From positions 133,916 to 197,915 of the forward strand of contig JAPLWK010000010.1 of the NCBI GenBank assembly GCA_026396615.1: a stretch of DNA of 64,000 bases. Direction: 5' to 3'. Position numbers and translations under genes: made by a program. Positions within the stretch are counted from its first letter, which is position 1; each line of letters starts with the position of its first letter. Source of the DNA: a candidate division WWE3 bacterium. Lineage in GTDB: Bacteria; Patescibacteriota; WWE3; JAPLWK01. This document shows positions 19,981 to 30,287 of the stretch, in pieces. The notes beneath the pieces are model-generated. The model searched no databases. It had not been told where the DNA came from and worked only from the letters and a program-made list of their open reading frames with translations.

Positions 19981-21264
19981 ATGGTTCCTGCAGAATTCGC
20001 CACTTTACCAAAAACTCCCGGCGTCTATATTTTTAAAGATAAAGCCGGTCATATTTTGTACGTTGGGAAAGCGATTTCTCTAAAAGACCGGGTCTCCTCG
20101 TATTTTCAAGGTAGCCTTGATTTGGGTCCGAAAACCAGAGCTTTAGTAGCTAAGATTATTTTTATTGAACATGTCGACGTCGGTTCGGAACTGGAAGCGT
20201 TGCTCCTTGAAGCCGAGCTTATTAAGAGGCATCGGCCGCCTTATAACATTAGCCTCAAAGATGATAAGAGTTATCAGTATATTGTGATAGAAAAGTCAGA
20301 AAAGTTTCCTCGAATAAGTACCACCCATAATAAAGGTAATTTAAACACAAACTGGTTATATTTCGGGCCGTATCCTGAAGGGCGAACGGTGCGTCAGGTG
20401 GTCAAGGAACTCCGTCGGATCTTCATGTTTCGAGATTGTGGGGCTTCCAAGTATAATCGCTACCAAAATTTGAAGCGACCGTGTTTGTTTGGTGACATTA
20501 ATTTATGTGCGGCCCCTTGCGTCGGCCGCATTTCCGATGTCGACTACAACAAAAATATCAATCGGGTTGTAAAGTTTTTATCTAGTGGTCAAAAAGATCC
20601 TCTCATTCAGGAGATGAAAGGTGAGATGTCAAAATTGTCTGAAAATCAGGAGTTTGAAGCGGCCTCACAGCTTCGTGATCAAATCAGCCGTTTTGAATAC
20701 ATCACCCAGACTTTTAGGCCGGCCTCAGAGTTCCTTATTAACCCTAATCTCCAAAGTGATCAAAATAACGCGTCCGTGACAGATCTTTTAACTGTTCTCG
20801 GTCTTTCTGAAACGTCAAATCAACGCTTAGAGTGCGTCGATATTTCCCATCTTGGAGGAAGCCAAACGGTAGGGAGTTTAGTCGTTTTTAACGGTGGTCG
20901 ACCGGACAAAACTCAGTATCGACGCTTTCGAATCAAGTCTGTTCGCGGCATTTCCGATGTTGATTCTATATCAGAAGTTTTGACGAGACGTTTTAAGCAT
21001 GAAGAATGGCCTCTCCCGAGAGTTTTGATCATCGACGGCGGGAAGCCGCAAGTGGCGGCCGCAAAAAAAGTCCTTAAAGATTTAAACTTGACTTCAAAAC
21101 TAGAACTAATAGGGCTTGCCAAGCAATTTGAGACTATCGTACGCTCAGACGGAACGTCCCTTCGAATTCCAAGAAACCGACCGGCCATTCGACTGCTGCA
21201 AAGCTTACGTGACGAAGCCCACCGATTTGCCAATTCTTACCGTAAAAAGATAACTAATCTATAA
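19981..21264 (+). CDS. uvrC: Excinuclease ABC subunit C (short form without C-terminal HhH region)
   Basis: GIY-YIG N-terminus (PGVYIFKDKAGHILYVGKA), UVR domain (…EFEAASQLRDQISRFEYI), endonuclease domain (…LIIDGGKPQ…). Only 427 aa. Confidence 0.8.
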   Translation: MVPAEFATLPKTPGVYIFKDKAGHILYVGKAISLKDRVSSYFQGSLDLGPKTRALVAKIIFIEHVDVGSELEALLLEAELIKRHRPPYNISLKDDKSYQYIVIEKSEKFPRISTTHNKGNLNTNWLYFGPYPEGRTVRQVVKELRRIFMFRDCGASKYNRYQNLKRPCLFGDINLCAAPCVGRISDVDYNKNINRVVKFLSSGQKDPLIQEMKGEMSKLSENQEFEAASQLRDQISRFEYITQTFRPASEFLINPNLQSDQNNASVTDLLTVLGLSETSNQRLECVDISHLGGSQTVGSLVVFNGGRPDKTQYRRFRIKSVRGISDVDSISEVLTRRFKHEEWPLPRVLIIDGGKPQVAAAKKVLKDLNLTSKLELIGLAKQFETIVRSDGTSLRIPRNRPAIRLLQSLRDEAHRFANSYRKKITNL

Positions 21265-21357
21265 TATAGATCGCTATCTATACTACAGGTTTGTTGGCGA
21301 GTCGATAAAGTGCTAATATATCGTTAATAATCGGTTAATTCAAGTAAGGAGGAAGAA

Positions 21358-21525
21358 ATGTTCCAGCAATTGGATGCAACCGCACAGGTCTTGTTTGAAG
21401 TTGTCGTTAGCGTCGTTCGCGTTTTTGTCATTGGCGGCTTTGTGCTTGTCTTCGCGTTGATCAGCGGTCTAATTGTGACCGAATTAATCAATCCGCAGAC
21501 ATTCTCCGATTATCGCCATTGATGA
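21358..21525 (+). CDS. Hypothetical 55-aa membrane peptide (not in the ORF track)
   Basis: ATG preceded by TAAGGAGGAAG. Translation MFQQLDATAQVLFEVVVSVVRVFVIGGFVLVFALISGLIVTELINPQTFSDYRH contains one TM helix. Confidence 0.3.
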
Positions 21526-21570
21526 CAACCTTTTTATAAATCCCGTCAGCGAAGGCATAATTTAAATGCT

Positions 21571-22008
21571 TTGCACTGGCGGGACTTTTTGCGTTATAAT
21601 AGAGCAGTGAAATCGATATTGCGTCACATCTTTATTAATTTAGTGGCTATTTACGTAGTGGGCTTTGTGGTCACCGGTATTGATTGGCGAGGCGATCTAA
21701 AAGTGCTGCTACTGGCGGCTTTAGCTTTGGGGATTATTAACGTAACGGTTCGGCCGATTGTTAAAATCATCACTTTACCAATTAACGCAATTACCCTTGG
21801 CTTGTTCTCGATTGTCGTTAACGCTTTAATGCTTTACGCGGTCACCCTGATCATTCCGGGATTTTTTATTAACGCCTTTAATTTTTCCGGCTTAAATTTG
21901 TTGGGAGTTATAATTCCAGCGGCCCATTTAAGTAAAATTACGGCAACTGTGGCGGCGGCGGTTGGTATTAGCGTAATAACCGGTATATTTAATTGGTTTG
22001 TGGAGTAG
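21571..22008 (+). CDS. Phage-holin-4/DUF360 family membrane protein
   Basis: …INVTVRPIVKIITLPINAITLGLFSIVVNALMLY… matches the LTLGLF core of that family. The track start is a TTG, so the true start is uncertain. Confidence 0.45.
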   Translation: MHWRDFLRYNRAVKSILRHIFINLVAIYVVGFVVTGIDWRGDLKVLLLAALALGIINVTVRPIVKIITLPINAITLGLFSIVVNALMLYAVTLIIPGFFINAFNFSGLNLLGVIIPAAHLSKITATVAAAVGISVITGIFNWFVE

Positions 22009-22009
22009 C

Positions 22010-22234
22010 ATGAATTTAAATTTAGCCTTTAGCATCACCGAAATCGTTTTATCCGTAATTATAACCGGCTTGATTCTAATTCAAGCCAAAGGGACGGGCT
22101 TAGCTCGGTCTTTTAGCGGGGTCGGTGGTTTTTACAGTAGTAAGCGGGGGCTGGAAAAGATAGTTTTTGTTGCCACTATAGTGTTCTCGGTCGTTTTTGT
22201 AATAGTTATAATTGCACATCTGCGTTTTAAGTAA
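22010..22234 (+). CDS. secG: Preprotein translocase subunit SecG
   Basis: 74 aa from the internal ATG. Two TM helices with a Gly/Ser-rich loop (QAKGTGLARSFSGVGGFYSSKRG). The track ORF starts at a TTG at 21998. Confidence 0.55.
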   Translation: MNLNLAFSITEIVLSVIITGLILIQAKGTGLARSFSGVGGFYSSKRGLEKIVFVATIVFSVVFVIVIIAHLRFK

Positions 22235-22249
22235 TATTTCGGTACGCCC

Positions 22250-23683
22250 ATGATCCTGCAAATCCTAAGTCTAATTCGTTCTTTACTTTTTTTCGCGGCT
22301 TTTTTCGCGGCTTCAATTCTACCTCAACCAACTTACGTTGAGGGCGTTACGGAGCAGCCAACCGGTTTTGTTCCCGTGGCCACGTCAAATGATATTGATC
22401 GCACCGTTCAAAAAATAATTTATCGCAGTTTATTTAAATACGATGTAACCGGAACTATTATTCCCGATTTGGCTGACTACTGGGAGGTTTCCGCTGATGG
22501 CCTTACTTATACCGTGAGAATTAAGGCGAGTCAGCGTTGGCAAGATGGGAAATCGCTTTCGGCTAATGATATTATTTATACCGCCAGTAATTCTCGTGAA
22601 CTAACCGGGGTGGCTACCGACAGGCTTGATTCTCGAACCGTTCGTTTTACTTTACCCAATAAATTTTCGCCTTTTTATGATCTTTTGACTATTCCGGTTT
22701 TACCGGCTCATTTGGAAGGCCATAATGATAAATGGTTACCGGTTGGTAGTAGTAATTATCGGGTTATTCGGGTTGACCGCGATCGTGGGCTTATTAAAGA
22801 CGTTATTTTACAAGGAAATTCTCCCAGTTTGGCAATTACGAGAGTGGAGTTTAAGTTTTACGATTCCGAAAAAGATTTGGAAACCGCGGCTAAACTGGGA
22901 GAGGTTAACGCTTTTTCCGAAAAGGAGGATCAATTTTCTTATAACAACTATACTAAGATTTCAATTCCGGAAAAGAATCGTTATTACGCCCTGTTTTTTA
23001 ATACCCGTGATAAAAAATTAGCAGACGTTTCTGTTCGCGCCAAATTAGCTTCCGGTCTTTCGGTATCGGGTATTTTAAAAAACGTTTTCGGCGATAATTT
23101 TGTAGCCACTACCGGTCCGCTAAGTTTAAACAAATTTGCCCGCGGTGATTTGGATTACGCTGCTCCCGATTCTAAAAAATTGGAATTACCAAAAGAACTG
23201 CGTTTAGCAATTGTTGGTAATTCGGTCAATATAAAAATTGCTAATGAAGTTAGCGCTGCTTGGAAACTATTGTCTGTAAAAGTAAAAATTAATGTTTACA
23301 CGATTGAACAATTTAATAGCGAGGTTATTGGTAAACGTGATTTTGATGTTTTATTATTCGGTCAGGAGGTAAGTAGCGATCCCGATCGTTACGTTTTATG
23401 GCATTCCAGCCAGGCGAATTTTCCGGGCCTTAATTTAAGCGGGATCGCCAACTCCCGAATTGATAAAGCGCTTGAGGAAGGTCGAAAAGAAAAAGCTGCC
23501 GATATTCGTCAAAAACATTACAGTATTTTTCAAAAGGCTGTTATGGATGAAGTTCCGGCGATATTTTTATATCATCCGATTTTTAACTATTATGTACGGG
23601 ATAATTTAAATGGTTTAGATTTAAAAAACTTTTCTCTGCCGTCTGATCGATTTTTATCTCTTTCAAATTGGGGCTTTAAATAG
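22250..23683 (+). CDS. ABC transporter substrate-binding protein, family 5 (peptide/nickel type)
   Basis: Signal peptide. …YTVRIKASQRWQDGKSLSANDIIYT… is typical of SBP_bac_5. 477 aa. Confidence 0.55.
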   Translation: MILQILSLIRSLLFFAAFFAASILPQPTYVEGVTEQPTGFVPVATSNDIDRTVQKIIYRSLFKYDVTGTIIPDLADYWEVSADGLTYTVRIKASQRWQDGKSLSANDIIYTASNSRELTGVATDRLDSRTVRFTLPNKFSPFYDLLTIPVLPAHLEGHNDKWLPVGSSNYRVIRVDRDRGLIKDVILQGNSPSLAITRVEFKFYDSEKDLETAAKLGEVNAFSEKEDQFSYNNYTKISIPEKNRYYALFFNTRDKKLADVSVRAKLASGLSVSGILKNVFGDNFVATTGPLSLNKFARGDLDYAAPDSKKLELPKELRLAIVGNSVNIKIANEVSAAWKLLSVKVKINVYTIEQFNSEVIGKRDFDVLLFGQEVSSDPDRYVLWHSSQANFPGLNLSGIANSRIDKALEEGRKEKAADIRQKHYSIFQKAVMDEVPAIFLYHPIFNYYVRDNLNGLDLKNFSLPSDRFLSLSNWGFK

Positions 23684-24419
23684 TCTTAACTAATTTAATA
23701 AAAATACTGGGGCCGAAATATAATTTTCCTAAAGGTTTGTGAACAAGATTATCAAGAGAACTTAAAACCCTACCGGGAATAATCTTTTTAATAACCGGGC
23801 TTCTAAAATTAGAAACGCTTAAAGTTGCCACCACCTTCCAATTTAGATCATTTAGAATTTTTAAAATATGCTCAGGGTGAAAGTTTAGAAATACGCCGGA
23901 ATCAGCAGTCAATTGATTATAAGGGGTTTTATCGGCGGCGAAGTGTCGACCGTGTTTTAGCAGCGCTTTAAAATGATTTTTATTGGCAAACTCTAGAATA
24001 AAAGTGCTGCCGGGGGCCATTACGCGGTATATTTCTTTTAAAGCCAGTTCCGGTTCTTCCAAATGGTGCATCACTCGAATCATCATACCGCTATCAAAAC
24101 TATTATCCGGGAACGGTAATTTATAAACGTCACCGCGGACGTAAGTAACCTGGTCATCTTTTAGAAATTCGCGAGCTTTGGTTAAATTTTCGGTTGAGTA
24201 ATCAAGTAACACAGCGCTTTGACAGCGATTAAGCAGGTCTTTAAGATTACGGCCAAAGCCACCGCCAACATCAATAAATTTTTGGCACTTTTTAGGCACT
24301 AATTTTTTAATAGCCTGCTGCTCGGCTAAATTTTCGTAATCACGGCCCGTCCAGTATTTTTGATAATTAAAGTGGGTAGAATCGTAATCAGCCAAGTCCA
24401 TGTTAGAGTTTAGTAACAC
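23676..24419 (-). CDS. Class I SAM-dependent methyltransferase
   Basis: Motif I FIDVGGGFGRN and an acidic loop LLDYS. 247 aa. Confidence 0.65.
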   Translation of the reverse strand: MLLNSNMDLADYDSTHFNYQKYWTGRDYENLAEQQAIKKLVPKKCQKFIDVGGGFGRNLKDLLNRCQSAVLLDYSTENLTKAREFLKDDQVTYVRGDVYKLPFPDNSFDSGMMIRVMHHLEEPELALKEIYRVMAPGSTFILEFANKNHFKALLKHGRHFAADKTPYNQLTADSGVFLNFHPEHILKILNDLNWKVVATLSVSNFRSPVIKKIIPGRVLSSLDNLVHKPLGKLYFGPSIFIKLVKTI

Positions 24420-25374
24420 CGGTAACCGCGGTCATTGTTTTATTTCTTTCATCATATAATCCTTGTAAACGCACTTTATCATTTACCTTCAGGTTCTGGA
24501 TTAAGGTGCTACTGGTTGTATCCACAATGATGGTAAGGTTATTTATCAACGTGAAACTGAGTGCCTTGCCGGTAATAGCCGAAACACTGCCGGAAAGATA
24601 GGTGTTACGAGTGGTATTGGTCAAATCGCGGATGGCATAGGCGTCACCACCAATGGCGGCCACCTCGACTTCGTGTCCGGTGGTGAGGTCAACAATATTA
24701 ATATCAGACCCATACTTTCTAATTAACTTGGTGAAGGTGTTAATGTTGAAGACTTTTGACTCACCTTTAGTTGTTGTCACAGTAATAGTTTTGGCTTGAA
24801 TTTCTGAAACAATGCCTTGAAAAGTGTCAATGGTAATATTTCCCAGATCTGCAGGGGCGGCCAGCACATATGCCGATTCGATTTTTTCATTGTTGCTATT
24901 ATCTAGAGCCGTCACTACTAATTCATTGGGACCTATTTTAAGTGGTGCGATCATATTAAAAGACCCATCGTCAGCAATCGTTACTTCCTTTTCATTAAGG
25001 AGGACTTTGGCGCCGCTCGTTGTCTGACCGCGCAGTGGTTCCTGCATATTGGTAGTAATCAATTTATCGGTCGGATTAATTAAAACTAAAAATAACGGTT
25101 GGGCCGAGGTGGTAGCTTCCGGGGTTTGCCAAGGTTGATCCGCTTTTGTTGCGGCGGGCCCTGAAGCCTGTTTGGCCTGCGGTAAATTTAAACTTTTAGA
25201 TTGAATATTTATTTTAATCGGATTAAGAGTATTAATAACGAATAGCGACAACGCAATAGCAGCAACAATTGCTAAAATAGTGGCTATTATCATGGCGTGT
25301 TTAGACATCATATCCGTCTTCATGATACCAGATTTTGACTCTTGCGGGAGCCATAATTTTTTGCGATCATACAA
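24403..25374 (-). CDS. Secreted/membrane-anchored protein with a beta-rich (Ig-like) region
   Basis: N-terminal TM/signal segment (the true start is probably the internal MKTDMMSKH…). No catalytic motif. Confidence 0.4.
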   Translation of the reverse strand: MYDRKKLWLPQESKSGIMKTDMMSKHAMIIATILAIVAAIALSLFVINTLNPIKINIQSKSLNLPQAKQASGPAATKADQPWQTPEATTSAQPLFLVLINPTDKLITTNMQEPLRGQTTSGAKVLLNEKEVTIADDGSFNMIAPLKIGPNELVVTALDNSNNEKIESAYVLAAPADLGNITIDTFQGIVSEIQAKTITVTTTKGESKVFNINTFTKLIRKYGSDINIVDLTTGHEVEVAAIGGDAYAIRDLTNTTRNTYLSGSVSAITGKALSFTLINNLTIIVDTTSSTLIQNLKVNDKVRLQGLYDERNKTMTAVTGVTKL

Positions 25375-25748
25375 CTGTGCCAGAAAACGCCGAAATAACC
25401 GCCATGATAAACAAGGCCTTTGAGCTGATTGAGAAGTCCAAAGAGGATATAAAAGTGATAAAGAATCAATTAGATGAAGTTTTAGCTTCGGATCCGGTCT
25501 ACACGGACGCTCAAAAAGAAGTGGAAGTGGCTCGTGAAGCTAAAGCGATGGCTTCTCAAAAGGCGGAAGCCAACACCACCGTTACCGGCTTAATGAACGC
25601 CTTAAAAGAGCGAAAAATAGAATTACGTGATTACAAAGATTCCTTGTCAGCTTCGTTGGTCGAATACTACAAAGCTACCGGGTCCACCGAAATTACTACT
25701 AGTGACGGTAAAACCTACACTTTCTCTTTCTCGGCTCGCCTTTCCTAA
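25335..25748 (+). CDS. Hypothetical coiled-coil protein
   Basis: 137 aa. The likely true start is the internal Met (MINKAFEL…). No domain recognised. Confidence 0.3.
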   Translation: MTLAGAIIFCDHTTVPENAEITAMINKAFELIEKSKEDIKVIKNQLDEVLASDPVYTDAQKEVEVAREAKAMASQKAEANTTVTGLMNALKERKIELRDYKDSLSASLVEYYKATGSTEITTSDGKTYTFSFSARLS

Positions 25749-25776
25749 GTCGTCTGGTTGCTGTTAAAATGGCCTC

Positions 25777-26874
25777 ATGAGTTCAGTTTGGGGGTTGGTT
25801 TTTTCGACTTTACTTGGTCTGTTTGGGGGCCATAATCAGGTTCTAAGTGCTTCGGTTGGTTCTTGGGCACTTCCAAACAATAAGTTCGGTTTATATATCT
25901 ACTCAGTCAACGATTATGCTTCGGCAGCGGCCACACTCGTTAATAGTAACGGAGGAGACTGGGGGTACGTCCTCGTCCCTTACGCGGTTTACGATACGGA
26001 CATAGAAAAGTGGCGCGGCTTCTTTTTAGAACTTCACAAAGACAATTTAATTCCCATAATTCAACTGTGGGATCTTCGGAACTCTGAGGATACGCAGCAC
26101 GCGGCCGAGTTTTTGGATTCACTACCTTGGCCGACGACTATCCACTATGTTAGCGTTTACAATGAGCCCAACGACAGTCGTTTCTGGTACAACAAAGTCG
26201 ATCCTGCGGGCTACGCTGCGGTTCTAGATCAAACAATTACCACTTTTAAAAAACAAAATTCAGCTTTCTTTATGTTAAACGGGGCCTTTAATGCTTCGGC
26301 CAGAAACGGCAATGGTTACATGGACGAAGTTGATTACGTCACAGCGATGAATAAAGCAGTTCCTGGAATTTTTAAGCGGCTTGATGGTTGGGCGTCGCAT
26401 CCTTATCCACAGCCAAACTTTTCGGGATCGCTGGCAGACACTGGTCGCGACAGTATTAAAGCTTACGATTGGGAATTGTCACTTTTGAAAGATAAGTTCG
26501 GGGTCAATAATTTACCGGTCTTCATTACCGAAACCGGTTGGGCCCACCAAGAAGGCGTCACTCCGGACTATTCATTTTACACCGCTGACCAAACGGCCGC
26601 TTTAATCAAAGAAGCTTACGAACAGGTTTGGTTGCCGGACCCTCGCATTATTGCCGTCACTCCGTTTACTATTAAATACAGTCATCCCGAAGATCACTTT
26701 AATTGGCTGGACCCTGAAAATAAGCCATATCCACAATTTTACGCTATTCAACAAATGCCGAAAGTTGCCGGGAAGCCTACGGAGTCGCCCTGGTATCTTT
26801 TTTATCCTGATATTCGGCAGATAATAATTGATTTATTTGACAGAGCTACTCTTAGGGTCAATACTAATATGTAG
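25777..26874 (+). CDS. Putative clan GH-A glycoside hydrolase (GH5-like)
   Basis: Acid/base motif …VYNEPND… and nucleophile motif …VFITETGWA…, in the order expected for a (beta/alpha)8 retaining glycosidase. Confidence 0.5.
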   Translation: MSSVWGLVFSTLLGLFGGHNQVLSASVGSWALPNNKFGLYIYSVNDYASAAATLVNSNGGDWGYVLVPYAVYDTDIEKWRGFFLELHKDNLIPIIQLWDLRNSEDTQHAAEFLDSLPWPTTIHYVSVYNEPNDSRFWYNKVDPAGYAAVLDQTITTFKKQNSAFFMLNGAFNASARNGNGYMDEVDYVTAMNKAVPGIFKRLDGWASHPYPQPNFSGSLADTGRDSIKAYDWELSLLKDKFGVNNLPVFITETGWAHQEGVTPDYSFYTADQTAALIKEAYEQVWLPDPRIIAVTPFTIKYSHPEDHFNWLDPENKPYPQFYAIQQMPKVAGKPTESPWYLFYPDIRQIIIDLFDRATLRVNTNM

Positions 26875-27360
26875 ATGCGTAAACTTCTGCCTGTTGTTAT
26901 TTTATTTGCTATCGTTTCCTTGGGATTGGTCGTCAAAGCCCAAGCTTCCGTTCTGACTCTAACCGACATTGGTACTGTTTCCACCGCTGGTCATATTTAT
27001 AATCACTGGTGGTATACGGTCGCTAACCCGACGCTTAAGGGAATGGCCGATCCTTCAGCCTCAGTATCCGTCACTATCGACAGTGTTGCTAATACCGCGA
27101 CCGCAGATGCTTCAGGGTTGTGGACACTCTCGACGTCAACTTTGACGATAGGTGATCATGCTGTTGTGATTAGTTCCGGTACATCGACAGCACTTAGCTT
27201 CACTTTAACCATTGGTAGTAGTAGTCCTTCAGGAAATGGCGCGACTCCTTCCGGTACTCCTAACACCGCTAGTCCTTTATATACCGCTGGAGTTGTTTTG
27301 GCTTCCGGTTTAGCCTTATTGATTGGATTTAAAACGCTCAAAAGCTCTAAGGTAATTTAA
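26875..27360 (+). CDS. Cell-surface protein with C-terminal TM anchor
   Basis: Signal peptide, Thr/Ser-rich beta region, C-terminal hydrophobic segment plus KSSKVI. Confidence 0.4.
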   Translation: MRKLLPVVILFAIVSLGLVVKAQASVLTLTDIGTVSTAGHIYNHWWYTVANPTLKGMADPSASVSVTIDSVANTATADASGLWTLSTSTLTIGDHAVVISSGTSTALSFTLTIGSSSPSGNGATPSGTPNTASPLYTAGVVLASGLALLIGFKTLKSSKVI

Positions 27361-27361
27361 T

Positions 27362-29068
27362 TTACCAACTCCCACCACCGCCGCCTCCGCCTCCGCCTCC
27401 ACCACTAAAACCACCACCGCCAGAGAATCCGCCGCCTCCGAAACCACTGCTAAAGCCGGAACTGCTGCGAGTGCTGGTGTAAGGGGCGGCTGAAAATCCG
27501 GTCGTGGCCCTATCAAACGAATTTAAAGTATTCGCAAGTATTAGTGCATTGAACAATTGACCACTGCTGTCGCCGTACCAAGTCACGTCAGTTGGAATTG
27601 ACAGGTCTTTAAAGCGACTGGCCCACTCGCGGGTCACACCAAAAGCCACAGCGTAAGGTAGTAGTTTTTCAAAAAAGTACCAATTCTTCTCTTGAAAATT
27701 GAGCTCTTTTTCTTGAGAAACTAGAAATCTCTTTAAAGCTTCGGCCTCCTCTTTCTTCTGGGCTCCCAGAGCCGTCTTTTTTGGCATTACTCTCGAGAAA
27801 ATTAGAAGCACAATTCCCAGCGGAATGTTTATACCGGTAAATAAAATTGCACTTCCAAAACCGGCGTAAAGTTTACGTACAGTGTCGGGGTTACCAGCGA
27901 ATAGGCCTTCCGCAGTTAAGTCGCTGTATAGGCTTTTCTTGGCTTGATTAACAGTTGTGTAGAAACTGCTTTTTAAATCACTAGTTGAGACTTCCGTGTC
28001 TGTGGCAAATATTCCGTCATAGATTATAGTTTCATACGGCCGAAAAGATCCAAACCCGTTTTTAGGCTCAGTTTTTGTAAATGTAAAATCACTACCATCT
28101 TTTTTAATCGTTAAAAAACCACGAATGGCCAGCGACACTATGGTGGCCGAAATATCACGGCTATCGACTTGCTCCGAAGTTAGTAGTCCCGTTTCCGCCG
28201 GCCTCAAAGGCTCACCGTCAATATGCTTTGGAGGATCGAACAGGACCCGAGGAGCGCCAAGAACTTTAGGATCCCTTCCAAATAAAAACCAGGCGATGCC
28301 GACCAGAATCGGCACTAAAATGTACCAGAGGGCAAAGAGAATTGGTAGTATTGGTGACGATGTGACATTGTTATTGTTTGTTTGACTGGTGGTTCCGAGT
28401 GGCGTTGGGGCGAGCGGTGTCACTAAACCAGTTGGAAAGCCGAAAACAACAGTTAAACCTTCATAAGTGTTAAGCGATTGGGTTGTTGTAAAATTGGCGC
28501 CGTCAGAGGTAGTTAAAGTCGTGCAGTTTTTAGCGGTTGACTTAGTGGTTCCGGTATAACATGTGGCATTAAGATTACTGGAAGTGGTGGGCAGTGTCAC
28601 CGTGACTGAAGCGTTTTGGATTGGGACTTGCCAGGCGTTACCAACGGGACTCCAGTAAAGCTCGTCGTGGTCACTAAAGTTTTGAATAGCTCCCGATAAA
28701 GTGTAATTAATTTGATATTGCTGGATTCCAGTCAGCGTTATATTGGGGTCGCCGATCTTCAAGTAAATCTGATCACTGCTGCTTTGATCGCTGTACGACG
28801 CTCCCGAAACTGAAATGTTTGACGCTGTCACTAAGTAATTACTTCCATCTTGATTAGTGATTTTTAACGGGATATTCCTAAAAATACCATGCTTGGGAGT
28901 TGTACCTAGGTCATAAATGATATCTTCGGTTACATTAATTGTCCCGTTACTTTGAATGGCCCAGTCAGCATGGAATGAATTAATGTTTTCAGCGGCCCTG
29001 GCTTTAGTGACTACTAAGATTGGAAGAATAAGACTTGCGACGATGATTGAAAGTATTAGACGTTTCAT
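27362..29068 (-). CDS. DUF2207-family membrane protein with Gly-rich C-terminal tail
   Basis: Signal peptide, large extracytoplasmic domain, TM helices, and a terminal …GFGGGGFSGGGGFSGGGGGGGGGGGSW tail characteristic of DUF2207. Confidence 0.6.
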   Translation of the reverse strand: MKRLILSIIVASLILPILVVTKARAAENINSFHADWAIQSNGTINVTEDIIYDLGTTPKHGIFRNIPLKITNQDGSNYLVTASNISVSGASYSDQSSSDQIYLKIGDPNITLTGIQQYQINYTLSGAIQNFSDHDELYWSPVGNAWQVPIQNASVTVTLPTTSSNLNATCYTGTTKSTAKNCTTLTTSDGANFTTTQSLNTYEGLTVVFGFPTGLVTPLAPTPLGTTSQTNNNNVTSSPILPILFALWYILVPILVGIAWFLFGRDPKVLGAPRVLFDPPKHIDGEPLRPAETGLLTSEQVDSRDISATIVSLAIRGFLTIKKDGSDFTFTKTEPKNGFGSFRPYETIIYDGIFATDTEVSTSDLKSSFYTTVNQAKKSLYSDLTAEGLFAGNPDTVRKLYAGFGSAILFTGINIPLGIVLLIFSRVMPKKTALGAQKKEEAEALKRFLVSQEKELNFQEKNWYFFEKLLPYAVAFGVTREWASRFKDLSIPTDVTWYGDSSGQLFNALILANTLNSFDRATTGFSAAPYTSTRSSSGFSSGFGGGGFSGGGGFSGGGGGGGGGGGSW

Positions 29069-30192
29069 CCTTTAATTTTATGCTTTGTGAGAGCATCTGT
29101 CACGGCGGATATCTTTGGGACTATAAAGTCAACGAGACGACGAAAGAGACTACTGACTCCCAGTAGAAATGGAATGTAGATAAAAGTGGCTAGGCCGGTG
29201 GGGAGAGTTTTATAAAGAAAATCAAAACGCAGCATGATTGGCCAGTGCAGCAAAAATGTTTCGTAAGAATATTCGCCAAAGATTTTTAAGAATCGACTTT
29301 CAAAATTAATTACAAAAAATAATCCCAAAATACCAATGACTGTTCCCAAACTGCTAAATTGTTCAAGATAAGTAGCGGGGTTTCCGACGTTTGAATGCAC
29401 CGCAAAATAGACAAATATACTTGCGGAAGCTATAGCCAGTAGGACCTTTAAATAGATACTGCTAAATATTTTAGCTGTCCAGTTTTTAAGGGATGTTTGG
29501 GCAAGAGTTGCCAGCAGCATGCCAAGAGGAAAAGCGATAAAATGAATTTTATAAAGTCCCAGAACTTCAAAAGAACTAGGCCAATTAATTATAAGTAGTA
29601 GGAAAATAATCAATAAAGTTATAAATGGGGCCAAAACCTTAACTTTAATTTTCATTACCCATGGGAAAATTAAATAAAAAATTAACAGAAAAGTGAAGTA
29701 CCAAAAGGGCGAATCTAGATTAGCGTATAAATTGGCTTTGGGAAAAAATCCAGAGAAACTACTCACAATTTCATTAGTACTGTAACTTAAATTCAAGAAA
29801 AGCCGTTCCGCAATTATAATAATACCAAGGGCAAACCAGGCCGGAATATATATTTTTAATAGACGCTTTTTATAAAACTCGATTGGCGATAATGGATTTT
29901 TAAGTTGAGAAATTGTGAGGCCGAGTCCCGACAAAACTAAAAATAAATTAACGGCGACACCACCAAAGCCAGAGAGGGGTACTAAAAATCGGTTGTCTGG
30001 TACCAAAAAATAACCAACGTGGGAAAAAATAACCATTAGAATAGCGAGCCCTTTTAACTCTGACACTTTGTTTAAAGAGAGATTTAAGGAGTCAGCTGAT
30101 TTTTTGAATCCCAAGGCCAGGATTAACAAAATGAACAAGCCGCCAAAAATTATCGTCTGGGTTTCGGGGTTACTTGATGTTAAAAAAGGCAC
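29065..30192 (-). CDS. Acyltransferase family 3 membrane protein
   Basis: Ten predicted TM helices. …LKGLAILMVIFSHVGYF… fits the acyl_transf_3 N-terminal signature. Confidence 0.6.
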   Translation of the reverse strand: MPFLTSSNPETQTIIFGGLFILLILALGFKKSADSLNLSLNKVSELKGLAILMVIFSHVGYFLVPDNRFLVPLSGFGGVAVNLFLVLSGLGLTISQLKNPLSPIEFYKKRLLKIYIPAWFALGIIIIAERLFLNLSYSTNEIVSSFSGFFPKANLYANLDSPFWYFTFLLIFYLIFPWVMKIKVKVLAPFITLLIIFLLLIINWPSSFEVLGLYKIHFIAFPLGMLLATLAQTSLKNWTAKIFSSIYLKVLLAIASASIFVYFAVHSNVGNPATYLEQFSSLGTVIGILGLFFVINFESRFLKIFGEYSYETFLLHWPIMLRFDFLYKTLPTGLATFIYIPFLLGVSSLFRRLVDFIVPKISAVTDALTKHKIKG

Positions 30193-30239
30193 GTGACTAT
30201 TTTAACATCAGATAGGCCTAAAAAAGCAATACCGAAGAT

Positions 30240-30268
30240 TTGACGAAATAGTAAAGAGCGATCATAAT
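30240..30268 (+). promoter_or_regulatory. Putative rarA promoter (TTGACG-17-CATAAT)
   Basis: Read directly. It places hairpin copy 4 inside the 5'UTR. Confidence 0.35.
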
Positions 30269-30287
30269 AATAGTATCTAGTCTTTTA

